The notes beneath the pieces are model-generated. The model did not search any database. It was not told where the DNA came from and saw only the letters and a program-made list of their open reading frames with translations. A DNA stretch of 64,000 bases. Origin: Raja brachyura (lineage: Eukaryota). Of the stretch, positions 1 through 10,214 are shown piece by piece. The DNA lies in the NCBI GenBank assembly GCA_963514005.1, contig OY740813.1, positions 31,558,001-31,622,000 of the forward strand, in the 5' to 3' direction. The stretch's first letter is position 1. Every line of letters starts with the position of its first letter. A program made the position numbers and the translations under genes.

Positions 1-741
1 TAACTGTAGATGCTAAGATTATATTCATATTATAACATATTCAAACATTCAACGTTTGCGAGAGCATGTGCTACAAGGGTTTAGCATTCATATTTTAGGT
101 CGAAGAAACTTTGTCAGGACCTGTCATCGATCGGTCTTCGATCTGACAATTTAACTTGGATTCAAAAATGGAGAACGGCGGGAAAAATCCAGCGGACTGG
201 GAAGCAAATGTGGAGGGAAATAGAAAGTGGGCGCTTTGGCTCCAGATCATTCATCTCACTTTCATTCCCTGCAAGTATCGATGGGATGTAGCCGCATTGA
301 ATAGATAGACAGAAGAGTGGGCCAAGACGTAGTGAGCGATAGGTGGGGAGGGATTGACTGGTTAGAGAGGGAAGTGCATATAGCAACAGTCTACAACCGA
401 GAAGCTGCGAGATTATTAATGGATATGTCCCTGGAGAAACACGTAATAGATATAATAATTTATTTTAATAACATATATTGCTGTAACAGCAGTTATTTAT
501 ACCATGCCGTTTGTTGATGATTTAATCGTGAAATCACATTCCTCTTGGTAATTTCTAAGCATTCCATATGCGTTGTTAGATTCGGGTGTTAATTTTAGAA
601 AGGATCACATTACGTGCATCATCATGAATACTTATTTGTGTTGAAACTACTGTAAAATGATTCATAATAGGCATTTATGGTTCTTAATGAATCGTATTGC
701 ATTCTGTGAATTAGAGTGGGTAGATCACAATTTTTAATATT

Positions 742-749
742 ATGCAAAT
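742..749 (+). promoter_or_regulatory. Octamer ATGCAAAT in the presumed JH-CH1 intron (candidate enhancer element)
   Basis: Exact Oct-1/Oct-2 motif in AT-rich, apparently non-repeat sequence 2.6 kb upstream of CH1. Function is inferred from context only. Confidence 0.3.
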
Positions 750-829
750 TGAGATTTTATTTTTCATTGATCAGCGGCAGACAATTGCAAAATGTATCTT
801 TCTGGATCCCAGCGATTAACTTTATAAAT

Positions 830-3010
830 TAATTAGATAGAGGTGCACAATTAGGCCATTCGTCCCATCACATCTAATCCGAATATCGACCATGGCTATT
901 TATTTTCCCACTCAAATCAATTATCCTGCCTTTTCCCCTAACCTCTGACACAATTGCCAATACAGAACATTTAAAAATACCCAATAGCCTGGCCTCCATC
1001 CCCGTCCAAGGCAATAAATCCCATGGATTCACCACCCTGTGGCTAAAGAAATCATTCCTCATTTAGAAACATTAAAAACATAGGTGCAGGAGTAGACCAT
1101 TCGGCCCTTGGAGTATGCTCCGCCATTCAACATGATCATGGTTGATCATCCAGAAGCAGTACCCCTTACATGCTTTCTCCCAATAACCCTTGATTCCGTT
1201 AGCCCTAAGAGCTATATCCAACTCTCTCATGAATACACCCGGTGAATTGACCTCCACTGCCTCCCGAGGCCGAGAATTCCACTCTGTGGTAGAGAATTCC
1301 ATGATGAGGACCTACATCCTCTTCTTCTGCGGCTTTGTCCTCTGAGCCTAGACTCCTCCTCCTGGAAACATCCTCTCCACATCCACTCTCTCTAGACATT
1401 TCGTTTTTGGTTGGTTACTTGGTCCTCCAAAATATTCCAACTGGAATTTAAACTGGAGGTGGTGAAGGGAGGCTATCGTTATTCGATAGGTTTGAATGAG
1501 TCGTCGTCGTGGTCTCCCCCTCGCCCAGCGAGTACAGGCGCAGAACCACCAAGCGCTCCTTATATGTTAACCTAATCAACCCCGGGATCATTCTCGTAAA
1601 GCTCATATGGATCCTTTCCAACATTGGGACCCCCTTCAGATATCTTCAAAACTGCCTCGAAATTTCAATTTGTTTTCAGACTTGCGGCTCATATAGTATA
1701 GCACTTTATTTGTTTTATGTTTTAATCCTCACGAAATGAATACTAACATCGCCTTTGCCTTCCTTACTACCGACTCGCCATTCTAAGTAACCTTTTTGGA
1801 TCCTGCACAAGTGCTCCCAAGTCTCTTTGCACCTCCGATTTCTCAAAATGTCTCCCCATTTCGAAAATAGTCTACCCCTTCATTCCATCTACCAAAGTGC
1901 ATTACATTGCCGTACATCTTGCTACGTTGCATATATTAGTCATTGAGTCATAGATTAATACAGTGTGGAAATAGGCCCCTCGGCCTAACTCGCCCACACT
2001 GGCCAATAATGCCCCAGCTACACCAGTCCCATTTGCCTGCGCGCGTTCCATAATCCTCCAAACTCGTCCTATCCACGTACCTGTCCAACTGTTTCTTAAA
2101 CGATGGGATAGTCCTGGTCTCACCTACCTCCTCTGGCAGCTTGTTAATAATAGGAATCCGAGTTACCTCTCGGATTCTTATTAAATATTTTCCTCTTGAA
2201 GCTATGTCCTCTGCTCCTCGATTCCCCTACTCTGGGTAAAAGACTGTGCATGTACCCGATCTATTCTTCTCATGATTTTGCACACCTCTATACAACCTCC
2301 CGTAATTCTCCTATGCTCCGTGGAATAGAGCCCCAGCCCACTGAGGTGAGAACAACATTTTTCACCCAGAGAGTTGTGAATTGAGGTGAGAAAAAACGTT
2401 TTCACCCGGAGAGTTGTGAATTTGTGGAATTCCCTGCCACAGAGGGCAGTGGAGGCCAAATCACTTGATGGATTTAAGAGAGAGTTAGATAGAGCTCTAG
2501 GGGCTAATGGGATCAAGGGATATGGGGAGAAGGCAGGCACGGGTTATTGTTGGGAATGATCAGCCATGATCACAATGAATGGCGGTGCTGGCTCGAAGGG
2601 CTGAATGACCTCCTCCTGCACCTATTTTCTATGTTTCTATGTTACTCAACCTCTCCCTATAGCTCACCTCCTCTAGTGCTGGAAACATCCTCGTAAATCT
2701 ATTCTGAACCGTTTAAAGCTTGACAATATATTTCCCATAACATGGTGCCCAGAACTGAACACAATATTCTAAATGCGGTCTCACCAACGTTTTATACAAC
2801 TGCACATGACCTTCCAACTTCTATACTCAATACTCTGCGTGATGAAGGCCAAAGTGCCAAAAGCGTTTTTGACCACTTTATCTACTTGCGACTCAACCTT
2901 CGTGGAACCATGCACCTGCACTCCTAGACCCCTCTGCTCTACAATACTACCCAGAGGCCTATTATTTACTGTTTATGACCCTGCCCTTGTTCGACGTCCC
3001 AAATACTCTG
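830..3010. mobile_element. Cluster of degenerate, nested CR1 LINE fragments, mostly minus strand
   Basis: ORF2 C-terminal motifs (FFSHRVVNPWD, FFTQRVVN) and (GAAACATA)-type 3' tails. A + strand 3' fragment at about 2341-2643 has a 40-bp tandem duplication at its 5' end. Confidence 0.75.
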
Positions 3011-3343
3011 TACTAAATTCCATCAACCATTCCTCCGCCCACCTGGCCAATCGATCCAGACCCTGCTGCAATCGTTCACAACCGTCTTCACTATCTGGAA
3101 AAACACTAACTTTCTTTAAGCTGTTACTAGCACCCCTTTCACTTATGTGGAATTGTATATTGCTGAAATAATTTCGCTGTAAATTGACCAAGACGGAATG
3201 CTGTGCTGCCATGGACTCACGGGCGATTTCATGAAACGCAAATCTGTAAAATATTTTGCTGTATATTGATCCATTGTTTTCTTTGAATATGAGACAAGGA
3301 AACAATGAAGAGTTAATTTATTCATAGAATTTTTCTCTTCCAG

Positions 3344-3640
3344 CGGATCCATCTGCCCCCAAACTCTATCCCGTTCGCGCTTGTGTGGATCCCAGCTCCA
3401 TGGACTCGTTCACCTTCGGCTGTTTGGCAATGGACTACAACCCGATGGGCATCACTCTCTCCTGGAAAAAAGATAATGAACCGGTTACCACAGGAGTGAA
3501 GACGTATCAGGCATTAAAAAATAAGAGGGGAACATACACCAGGAGCAGCCAATTGACCATCGCCAAGGCAGAAGCGGAAAAGCGCACAATCTACTGTGTG
3601 GTTCAGCATGGCGGTAAAGCGAATAACGTAACAATGCCAG
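3344..3640 (+). CDS. IGHM: IgM heavy chain constant exon CH1 (Cmu1)
   Basis: Acceptor ttttctcttccag| at 3343 and donor CCAG|gtacgc at 3641, both phase 1. Translates (A)DPSAPKLYPVRAC...FGCLAMDYNP...LSWKKDNEPVTTGVKTY...KRGTYTRSSQLT...IYCVVQHG...NVTMP. C1-set Ig fold with the extra N-terminal Cys for light-chain bonding; resembles chondrichthyan Cmu1 (GCLAMDY, GTYTxSSQLT). Confidence 0.95.
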
Positions 3641-3800
3641 GTACGCGTTGGGATATGCCCCGGTTTGAAGTGTATAGTTCCGAATACGAGGTTTAACAAT
3701 TGGAGAAGATATTATCAAATTCCACGTATAAGTTGTTGATTTGCTGTTGTGTTCTCCTTGCGATATTGACATGAAGCATGTTGAGGACGTCTCCGTATAC

Positions 3801-4831
3801 TAGCAATGTTACAAAATTTTGAGATTTAAAAAATCAAGTCTGCAATTTATCCCATCAGATAAAGCATAAAAAGTTTAATTTGACACCTAATTTACTTTCA
3901 TATCTTCAGTATTAAGAAAGTTATGGCCATTTTGATACTCGGAAATTAGCATCTTGCTTCCCATTGCCTTTCAATTGACTTAACTCAAAAGCTGTGATCT
4001 GGAAAAGTTAAAAGCCCATAATTTTCTTAAAAATTAAGAGAACTCAATGAAATTTTCAGTTATTATAGATTGAAGCATTCTGAAACAAATATTAAACAAT
4101 CTTACTTGGATGACCTGAAATTAAAACATATAATTGGTTAGTTATCTAATTGTAGCTAATTACAAAATTCAATGAGTAGATCTAAACATCTATCCATTTC
4201 TTAAGAAAAGATAAACTTTTTTAAAATTGCCTAAGTGTCCAAATAACATTCACACAATAATCCACAATATAACATAATTTTTAAATCTCATTTTCATGAA
4301 TTTCTGGGCCAAATGGAAGGAATTTAGTGTTTAATGCCTGTAAATTAATGGCCATTTAAATCAACTAGCGAGTGGGTTTTAGTGGAATGCGGTGGATTGG
4401 AACGTTGCGGTTAGCGGTGAAGTCGGGAGGAAAAATACTGTTTGTTCATACATTTTTTGGGACCCCATTTCGCAACATGAAAATATTATTAAAGCCTCCC
4501 GAAAAACCAACTTTTAATATAAAAATAAACTATTTACCTTTTCTTCTCCCCTACGCAAATTCCTTCCCGTTGTTGGTTCTCATGGCTTTTAAAGGTGATT
4601 TTTAAATTACTCTAGTTAATAAATAATTTAGAGTAATTTAAAAATACCTTTATTGATGAAATGTCGGAGCGATTTTTCTTCCGCAACGAAATCGCCCGAC
4701 ATTCATCGATTTTCCAGGTCTGTTGAAAAACGGCACTTTAAGCCCGCCCCCCTCTGAAAGGAGCCAAAGTCGCGCACACGGGGAGCGGCAGAACTGCAGC
4801 GCCGCTAAAGGTAAGTTTTGCAACATACCTA
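3801..4831 (+). mobile_element. Non-autonomous DNA transposon (hAT-like TAG...CTA termini, 7-bp TSD), copy 1, in the CH1-CH2 intron
   Basis: Imperfect TIR TAGCAATGTTACAAAA / TTTTGCAACATACCTA; flanked by CGTATAC (3794-3800 and 4832-4838); near-identical copies at 36868-37900 and 57083-57727. Confidence 0.9.
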
Positions 4832-4954
4832 CGTATACCACTGAATGAAGCAAAGAGAATTCAGGCCTTTAGATAAATATGAAAGTACGGGAGTTCTGGA
4901 CCACTGTATACACTTTCGTTCCCAACGTAACTATAAAACTGTAAAAGTCTCAGG

Positions 4955-5331
4955 AGAAACATAGAAAAATAGAAACATAGAAAATAGATGGGAGGCCATT
5001 CGGCCCTTCGAGCCAGCACCGCCATTTAGTGTGATCATGGCTGATCATCCCCAATCAATAACCCGTGCCGGCCTTCTCCCCATATCCCCTTATTCCACTA
5101 GCCCCTGGAGCTCTGTCTAACTCTCTCTTAAATCCATCCAGTGACTTGGCCTCCAATGCCCTCTGTGGCAGGGAATTCCACAAATTCACAACTCTCTGGG
5201 TGAAAACGTTTTTTCTCGCCTCAGTCTTAAATGGCTTCCCCTTTATTCTAAGACTGTGGCCCCTGGTTCTGTACTCGCCCAACATTGGGAAACTTTTTCC
5301 TGCATCTAGCATAGAAACATAGAAAATAGGT
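4955..5331 (-). mobile_element. CR1 LINE 3' fragment (family A, GAAACATA tail)
   Basis: ORF ...RTRGHSLRIKGKPFKTEARKNVFTQRVVNLWNSLP plus conserved 3' UTR and octamer tail. Confidence 0.88.
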
Positions 5332-5640
5332 CAGAACATAAACAGCAACTCTTCTCCGCAGGGCAGAGGGACGGCAGCGATGTTTAAAGTCGATCCACCG
5401 CCTGTGCTGTTGGGAAGGAAAGAGACGCGGTGCCTCCATCTGCGAGGCTTTTCACCGTTTAAAAGTTATAACGCCATAAATTTACCCTAGTGAGCTTCAA
5501 AAGAGCGATCATCAGTGCAGTACCATGGGAGCACGTCCGTGGTAAATTGGGAGAAGCTTAGCTCGTTAACACGGGAGCCTCTGAAATAATCATTTTATGA
5601 CCTTAATGTGGACTCTTGGAATAATATTCCGAAAATCGTC

Positions 5641-6395
5641 ATATAACCATATAACATATAACCATATAACAATTACAGCACGGAAACAGGCCATCTCGGC
5701 CCTTCAAGTCCGTGCCGAACAACTTTTTTCCCTTAATCCCACCTGCCTGCACTCATACCATAACCCTCCATACCCTTCTCATCCATATGCCTATCCAATT
5801 TATTTTTAAATGATACCAACGAACCTGCCGCCACCACTTCCACTGGAAGCTCATTCCACACCGCTACCACTCTCTGAGTAAAGAAGTTCCCCCTCATGTT
5901 ACCCCTAAACCTCTGTCCCTTAATTCTAAAGTCATGTCCTCTTGTTTGAATCTTCCCTATTCTCAAAGGGAAAAGCTTGTCCACATTAACTCTGTCTATC
6001 CCTCCCATCATTTTAAAGACCTCTATCAAGTCCCCCCTTAACCTTCTGCGCTCCAGAGAATAAAGACCTAACTTATTCAACCTATCTCTGTAACTTAGCT
6101 GTTGAAACCCAGGCAACATTCTAGTAAATCTCCTCTGTACCCTCTCTATTTTGTTGACATCCTTCCTATAATTGGGCGACCAAAATTGTACACCATACTC
6201 CAGATTTGGTCTCACCAACGCCTTGTACAATTTTAACATTACATCCCAGCTTCTATACTCAATGCTCTGATTTATAAAGGCTAGCATACCAAAAGCTTTC
6301 TTTACCACCCTATCTATATGAGATTCTACCTTCAAGGAACTATGCACGGTTATTCCCAGATCCCTCTGTTCAACTGTATTCTTCAATTCCCTACC
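5641..6395 (-). mobile_element. CR1 LINE 3' fragment (family B, AACCATAT tail)
   Basis: 217-aa open ORF2 C-terminus (LYKALVRPNLEYGVQFWSP...FFTQRVVAVWNELP); (AACCATAT)n tail at 5641-5668. Confidence 0.9.
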
Positions 6396-6601
6396 GGCAG
6401 TGCCTACCTATAATATTCCCACCTCGTGGCAGTCTGTAATGCACCTTGATACACCTATGATTTAGCAACACCTTGATAATTCTGTGTGGGAGACTATTTA
6501 TTCAGGAGAATTGTCTTTTGTGTTACAAGTTGTTTTTTATTATTAAGGGGTAGTAGTTTGGGAACTTTAAAGTTTATGAATTTAAGTTCATTTTCTTGAA
6601 G

Positions 6602-6913
6602 ATCGAATGGTGCATCATACAGTCATCGCCATTACTGTGACTGAACATGATGAACTAAAACGCAGCAAGAAAGCGACTGCCGTGTGTTCGCTCACCGACA
6701 TCGATCCACAGACATTTTCCGTTACCTGGCTGAAGAATGGGGAGCCTCTGGATTCTGGCATCGTCACCTCGTCCGCCTTCGAGCTGAACGGCACCTTTTC
6801 AGCGATCAGCCAGTTGACATTCCCAACTTTAGAATGGTTCGGATATGCTATGTATACCTGCCAGGTCGACCAAGGAAAGGATCGGCTGAGCCAAAACATC
6901 AGCAGGTCTCCAG
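6602..6913 (+). CDS. IGHM: IgM heavy chain constant exon CH2 (Cmu2)
   Basis: Acceptor ttttcttgaag| and donor CCAG|gtaag, phase 1. DRMVHHTVIAITV...AVCSLTDIDP...VTWLKNGEPLDSGIVTS...NGTFSAISQLT...EWF...YTCQV...SQNISRSP: C-W-C Ig C1-set domain like shark Cmu2. Confidence 0.93.
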
Positions 6914-7132
6914 GTAAGAAACACGTCCATGGTATCGGATATCAGTGTGAATACTAGCCGTAAACAATCGCAGACCTTCTCTGACATTGGGACAGCCCAT
7001 GACGCACACTCTCATTCAATTTATTGCGTTGTTCTCTGCCTAGAGCTCATTTCGAGACGATTTAGGACCGTAGTTCATAGACGTAAAAGCCAAGAAGGGA
7101 TCCTGCCCTCTTCGCAGGAAATGTGTGAACCA

Positions 7133-7436
7133 TAACATAGAAACATAGAAACATGGAAATTAGGTGCAGGAGTAGGCCATTCGGCCCTTCGAGCCTGCAC
7201 CGCCATTCAATATGATCATGGCTGATCATCCAACTCAGTATCCCGTACCTGCCTTCTCTCCATACCCTCTGATCCCCTTAGCCACAAGGGTCACATCTAA
7301 CTCCCTCTTAAATATAGCCAATGAACTGGCCTCAACTGCCCTCTATGGCAGAGAGTTCCAGAGACCCACCACTCTCTGTGTGAAAAAAATCCTTCTCATC
7401 TCGGACTTAAAGGATTTCCCCCTTATCCTTAAGCTG
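7133..7436 (-). mobile_element. CR1 LINE 3' fragment in the CH2-CH3 intron
   Basis: GAAACATA tail plus the 3' UTR shared with other CR1 copies; ends about 55 nt before the CH3 acceptor. Confidence 0.85.
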
Positions 7437-7490
7437 TACATTCCCGTTTCTCCAGGCAATCCTTGTGTTTACATCATTTTTGTGCCACAG

Positions 7491-7790
7491 ATGCTTCCTG
7501 CCGCGAAGCAAAGATTACAATCCACCCACCACCTGTGCAGCAGGAGTTAATGGAGATGACCGTGACTTTAACCTGTATAGTCTCCGATGCACCTGTTGGG
7601 ATCAAAGTGTCTTGGAGCCGAGGAAAGACACATTTGGATTCAGAGATCCTGTCCACAGAAGTTGCGGATGTTGTAGAGAGCAAAGCGAACATCTCGACGC
7701 GTGATTGGATGAGTGGGGATGAGTTTGATTGCGTAGTGAGCCATGATGATATGCCGACTCCAAAAAAGAAATCAATCTACAAGATGGCAG
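7491..7790 (+). CDS. IGHM: IgM heavy chain constant exon CH3 (Cmu3)
   Basis: Acceptor tttttgtgccacag| and donor GGCAG|gtgag. DASCREAKITIHPPPVQQELMEMTVTLTCIVSDAP...VSW...NISTRDWMSGDEFDCVVSHDDMPTP...; typical of shark Cmu3. Confidence 0.95.
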
Positions 7791-8280
7791 GTGAGCTGCA
7801 GAGGAGTTCTGCGGGCCGGAAGAGACGGGTGCACTTTTCTTCTGGGTTAGAGAAAAAAATCAATTAGTGTGATCACTGAGCCGGCGAACACATATCTATG
7901 CAAAAAGAAGCTAACTATTCAATAAATCTTTGGTCTTAACTGGAAAAGCGAAAAGCGAAAATAATTTGCGTGTTCAGGGCAATGGAAATATCGTCGATTA
8001 TATCGGGTTAGGCTTCCTGTGCCGGCATGTTGTGACCCAGCTCCAGTCAATTGCACACAATTGGATTGTAGATGGGAGCAGCGTTTTCATAATCCGCAAG
8101 GTGTGGCAATTAGCAGGTAGGCCTCGCAAATGAGGTTGAGGTGAAGCAGAAGAAATACCGCTTCTGAAACAGGCACATAAAACGGGTTACTAACCTTCAG
8201 AAAAGAACCATCAAATGTCTGCTGGCTTTACATCGCTTTAATGTTGTGGTATAATAAACGCCAAGTGATTTGTTCCATAG

Positions 8281-8672
8281 ATCCACATCCCCGGGAACCG
8301 ACCGTCTCGGTCCTCCTGCCGCCGACAGAAGAAGTCTCCATTCACAAGACCATCACCCTGACCTGCTTTGCGAGAGGATTCTCCCCTCGCAGGATCTTCG
8401 TCACATGGACAGTCGATAACCACCGGGTGCATTCGAGCAACTACAGGAACACCGAGGTGGTGGCGGAGAACGGCGACAACTCATTCTTCATGTACAGCCT
8501 GTTATCCGTTGGGGCAGAGCAATGGGCGAGCGGAGCCTCTTTCTCCTGTGTGGTAGCACACGAAACACTCCCCATGAAGACCATCGTTAGAACGGTCAAT
8601 AAGTCTAGCGGTAAACCCAGTTTTGTGAATGTTTCTCTCCTATTGATGGATACTGTCAATTCATGTCAATGA
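8281..8672 (+). CDS. IGHM: IgM CH4 exon plus secretory tailpiece (internal donor for the membrane form at 8610/8611)
   Basis: Acceptor ttgttccatag|. [15 protein letters not shown]...[17 protein letters not shown]...[22 protein letters not shown]...NKSS|[20 protein letters not shown]. The tail has an N-V-S sequon and penultimate Cys, diagnostic of secreted IgM. AGCG|GTAAAC is the conserved internal splice donor. Confidence 0.97.
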
Positions 8673-8699
8673 GAATGAAATAGCTGCATTTCACTCTTA

Positions 8700-8715
8700 A
8701 ATAAATACGAATAAA
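8700..8715 (+). terminator. Two AATAAA polyadenylation signals for the secreted mu mRNA
   Basis: AATAAA at 8700-8705 and 8710-8715, about 30-40 nt after the secretory stop codon. Confidence 0.8.
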
Positions 8716-9069
8716 TGCCTTTGTCTCCCAATCCTGAGTTGAACCCATGAATGCCCATTTAATGATATTTCCCAATTCTGCCAAAACGACGAACAGATAT
8801 ATTAACGTAGATAGGTGACAATATCGGCGAAATTTTACGTAAAACCAATGCACACTGCCGAGCAGCATGAGGGGTTTGGAAATAAATTACAGTTGCATCA
8901 ATACAGGAATCGGGGACATACCGTCATTGTCGCTCTTGCCGTGGACACGGCGATGCAAATCTGTTGATTTCCGTTTCCTCCTTCCTCCTCCTCCCAATCT
9001 ACTTAAAACCGAGGCAGGATCGCAGATGCAAGGCATTGTTTTTATGTTCATACTGTACGTTCATATGTT

Positions 9070-10010
9070 ATAGGAACAGCATTAGGACAGGCGGTCCATC
9101 TCATCTACTCCACCATTCAATCATGACTGATCCATCTTTCCCTCTCAATCCCATTATCCTGCCTTCTCTCCATAATCCCTGAGACCCATTACTAATTAAT
9201 ATCTATCTCGGCCTTCAAAATATCCATTGACCTCGCGTCCACAGCCCACTATTGCAATTAAAACCATAGATTTACAACCCCATGACTTAATAAAATTCCT
9301 CCTCGTCGCCTGCTTAAGCGAACGTCATTCTATTCTGAGGCTATGGCCCCTGGTCCTAGATTCTCCCAGTAGTAGAAACATCCTTTCAACTTCCACTCTA
9401 TCTGGGCCTTTCACTTTTCGGTAATTTTCAATAAAGTCCACCCTCATCCTTCTAAACTCTAGCAATGCCGTGAAATGCTCATCATTTGTTAAATCAGTCA
9501 TTCCTGGGATCATTGTCGTAAAGCTCCTCTGGGCCCTCTGCAGCGCGAGCGTAGCCTTCCTCAGGTATGGGCCCCAGAATTGCTCACAATGCTCTAAATG
9601 CGGTGCGACCAGCGCCTTTTAAAACCAACGTATTACACTTGTTTTTTTTGTATTCTAATCTTCACTAAATAAATGCTAGCAACCCTTTCGTCTTCCTTAC
9701 TACCGATTCCATTTGCACATTAACGTACTACAAATTCTGCACTAGCACTCCCAAGTTCCATTGCACCTCCGATTTTTGAATTATCTCCCCATTTAGAATA
9801 ACGACTTTATCCCTACTTTCAAAGTGCATGACTCCGCACATTGCTACTTGTATTCCATCTGTCACTTCTGTACTCAATATCTCAAACTGTCCTTGTGCTT
9901 GTGCAGAGTTCCTGTTTTCTATACACTACCTGTCCCTCCCCTTATCGAATCATCTGCAAATTTGGTCACAAAGCCTTCAATCCCAGCATCCAAATCATTG
10001 GCATACGTTG
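9070..10010 (-). mobile_element. Old degenerate CR1 fragment
   Basis: Residual ORF2 motifs (LEFRRMRVDFIE...GESRTRGHSLRI). Confidence 0.7.
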
Positions 10011-10214
10011 TAGGGACGGCAGTTCCGAGAAAAAATAGCAACTCGTCCTTCTCCGCCCGCAGGAGAGGAACGTGCATTTTGCCGAGTGACTGTCACACAC
10101 ATTTATACACACATATATTTTTTCACGCATCGATTGAAATGCAAATATAGTTTCTTATTTTATGAACACACATCTGAAATATTACATAAACCATCACCGT
10201 GCCACAGATTATAA

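Noticed and set aside
1-3343. JH segment or germline-joined VDJ upstream of CH1
   Set aside because: No WGxGTxVTV motif with donor or RSS found; V-D-J presumably lies outside the window.
4372-4853. Short ORFs repeated at 37093-37326 and 36863-37045
   Set aside because: They recur only because they lie within copies of the non-autonomous transposon; no transposase motifs.
3344-8672. IgW, IgNAR or IgM1gj identity
   Set aside because: Four C domains including CH2, a CH1 with the light-chain Cys and the KPSFVNVS...SCQ tail indicate IgM.
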